64,000 nt of DNA from Leucoraja erinacea (lineage: Eukaryota): positions 4,154,001-4,218,000 of the forward strand of contig NC_073389.1 in assembly GCF_028641065.1 (NCBI RefSeq), given 5' to 3'. The position numbers and the translations under genes are program-made. This document shows, piece by piece, positions 63,896 through 64,000 of the stretch (position 1 is the first letter of the stretch; the number at the start of each line of letters is the position of its first letter). A model generated the notes under the pieces. That model made no database searches, had not been told where the DNA came from, and saw only the letters and a program-made list of their open reading frames with translations.

Positions 63896-63930
63896 TTCAA
63901 TCATCACCTTTGTGTTTTGCTCTCTTTCAG

Positions 63931-63975
63931 AATGAAAGGATGAATGCTGCTGCTGCCTCCAGTGACACCTATTCT
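63931..63975 (+). CDS. CD247: CD3 zeta chain exon 5 equivalent, start of ITAM2
   Basis: Strong acceptor ttttgctctctttcag|, donor TCT|gtaagt; 45 nt, phase 0/0. NERMNAAAASSDTYS again ends in Y-x. Confidence 0.85.
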
Positions 63976-64000
63976 GTAAGTATGGCTTAAACTCCAGGTC

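Overview
Repeat-dense vertebrate genomic DNA with no prokaryotic features. The tRNA-headed HE1/V-SINE copies with CR1 (HER1-type) tails, Penelope and Rex1-type LINE relics point to a cartilaginous fish, probably a skate or ray (inference). The only host gene I can support is missed by the ORF track: four short + strand coding exons (56610-56713, 58064-58132, 59234-59323, 63931-63975) that splice in frame into CD247/CD3-zeta (TM helix [16 protein letters not shown], complete ITAM1, start of ITAM2). Exon 1 was not located and the 3' exons lie beyond the window. The rest is mostly transposon debris: CR1, L1, Rex1-like, Penelope, SINEs, PIF/Harbinger-type and hAT MITEs, plus two assembly gaps. Best leads: (1) a 3.3-kb long-TIR element at 40.7-44.1 kb carrying what looks like a decayed gene split by 49-53 nt mini-introns; (2) hammerhead-ribozyme-like cores in Penelope termini, and many short foldback inserts made only of those termini; (3) a locally templated 376-bp insertion; (4) three mosaic stretches that look like consensus artefacts over polymorphic insertions. 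Repeat boundaries were read by eye and are approximate unless a TSD or TIR is quoted.
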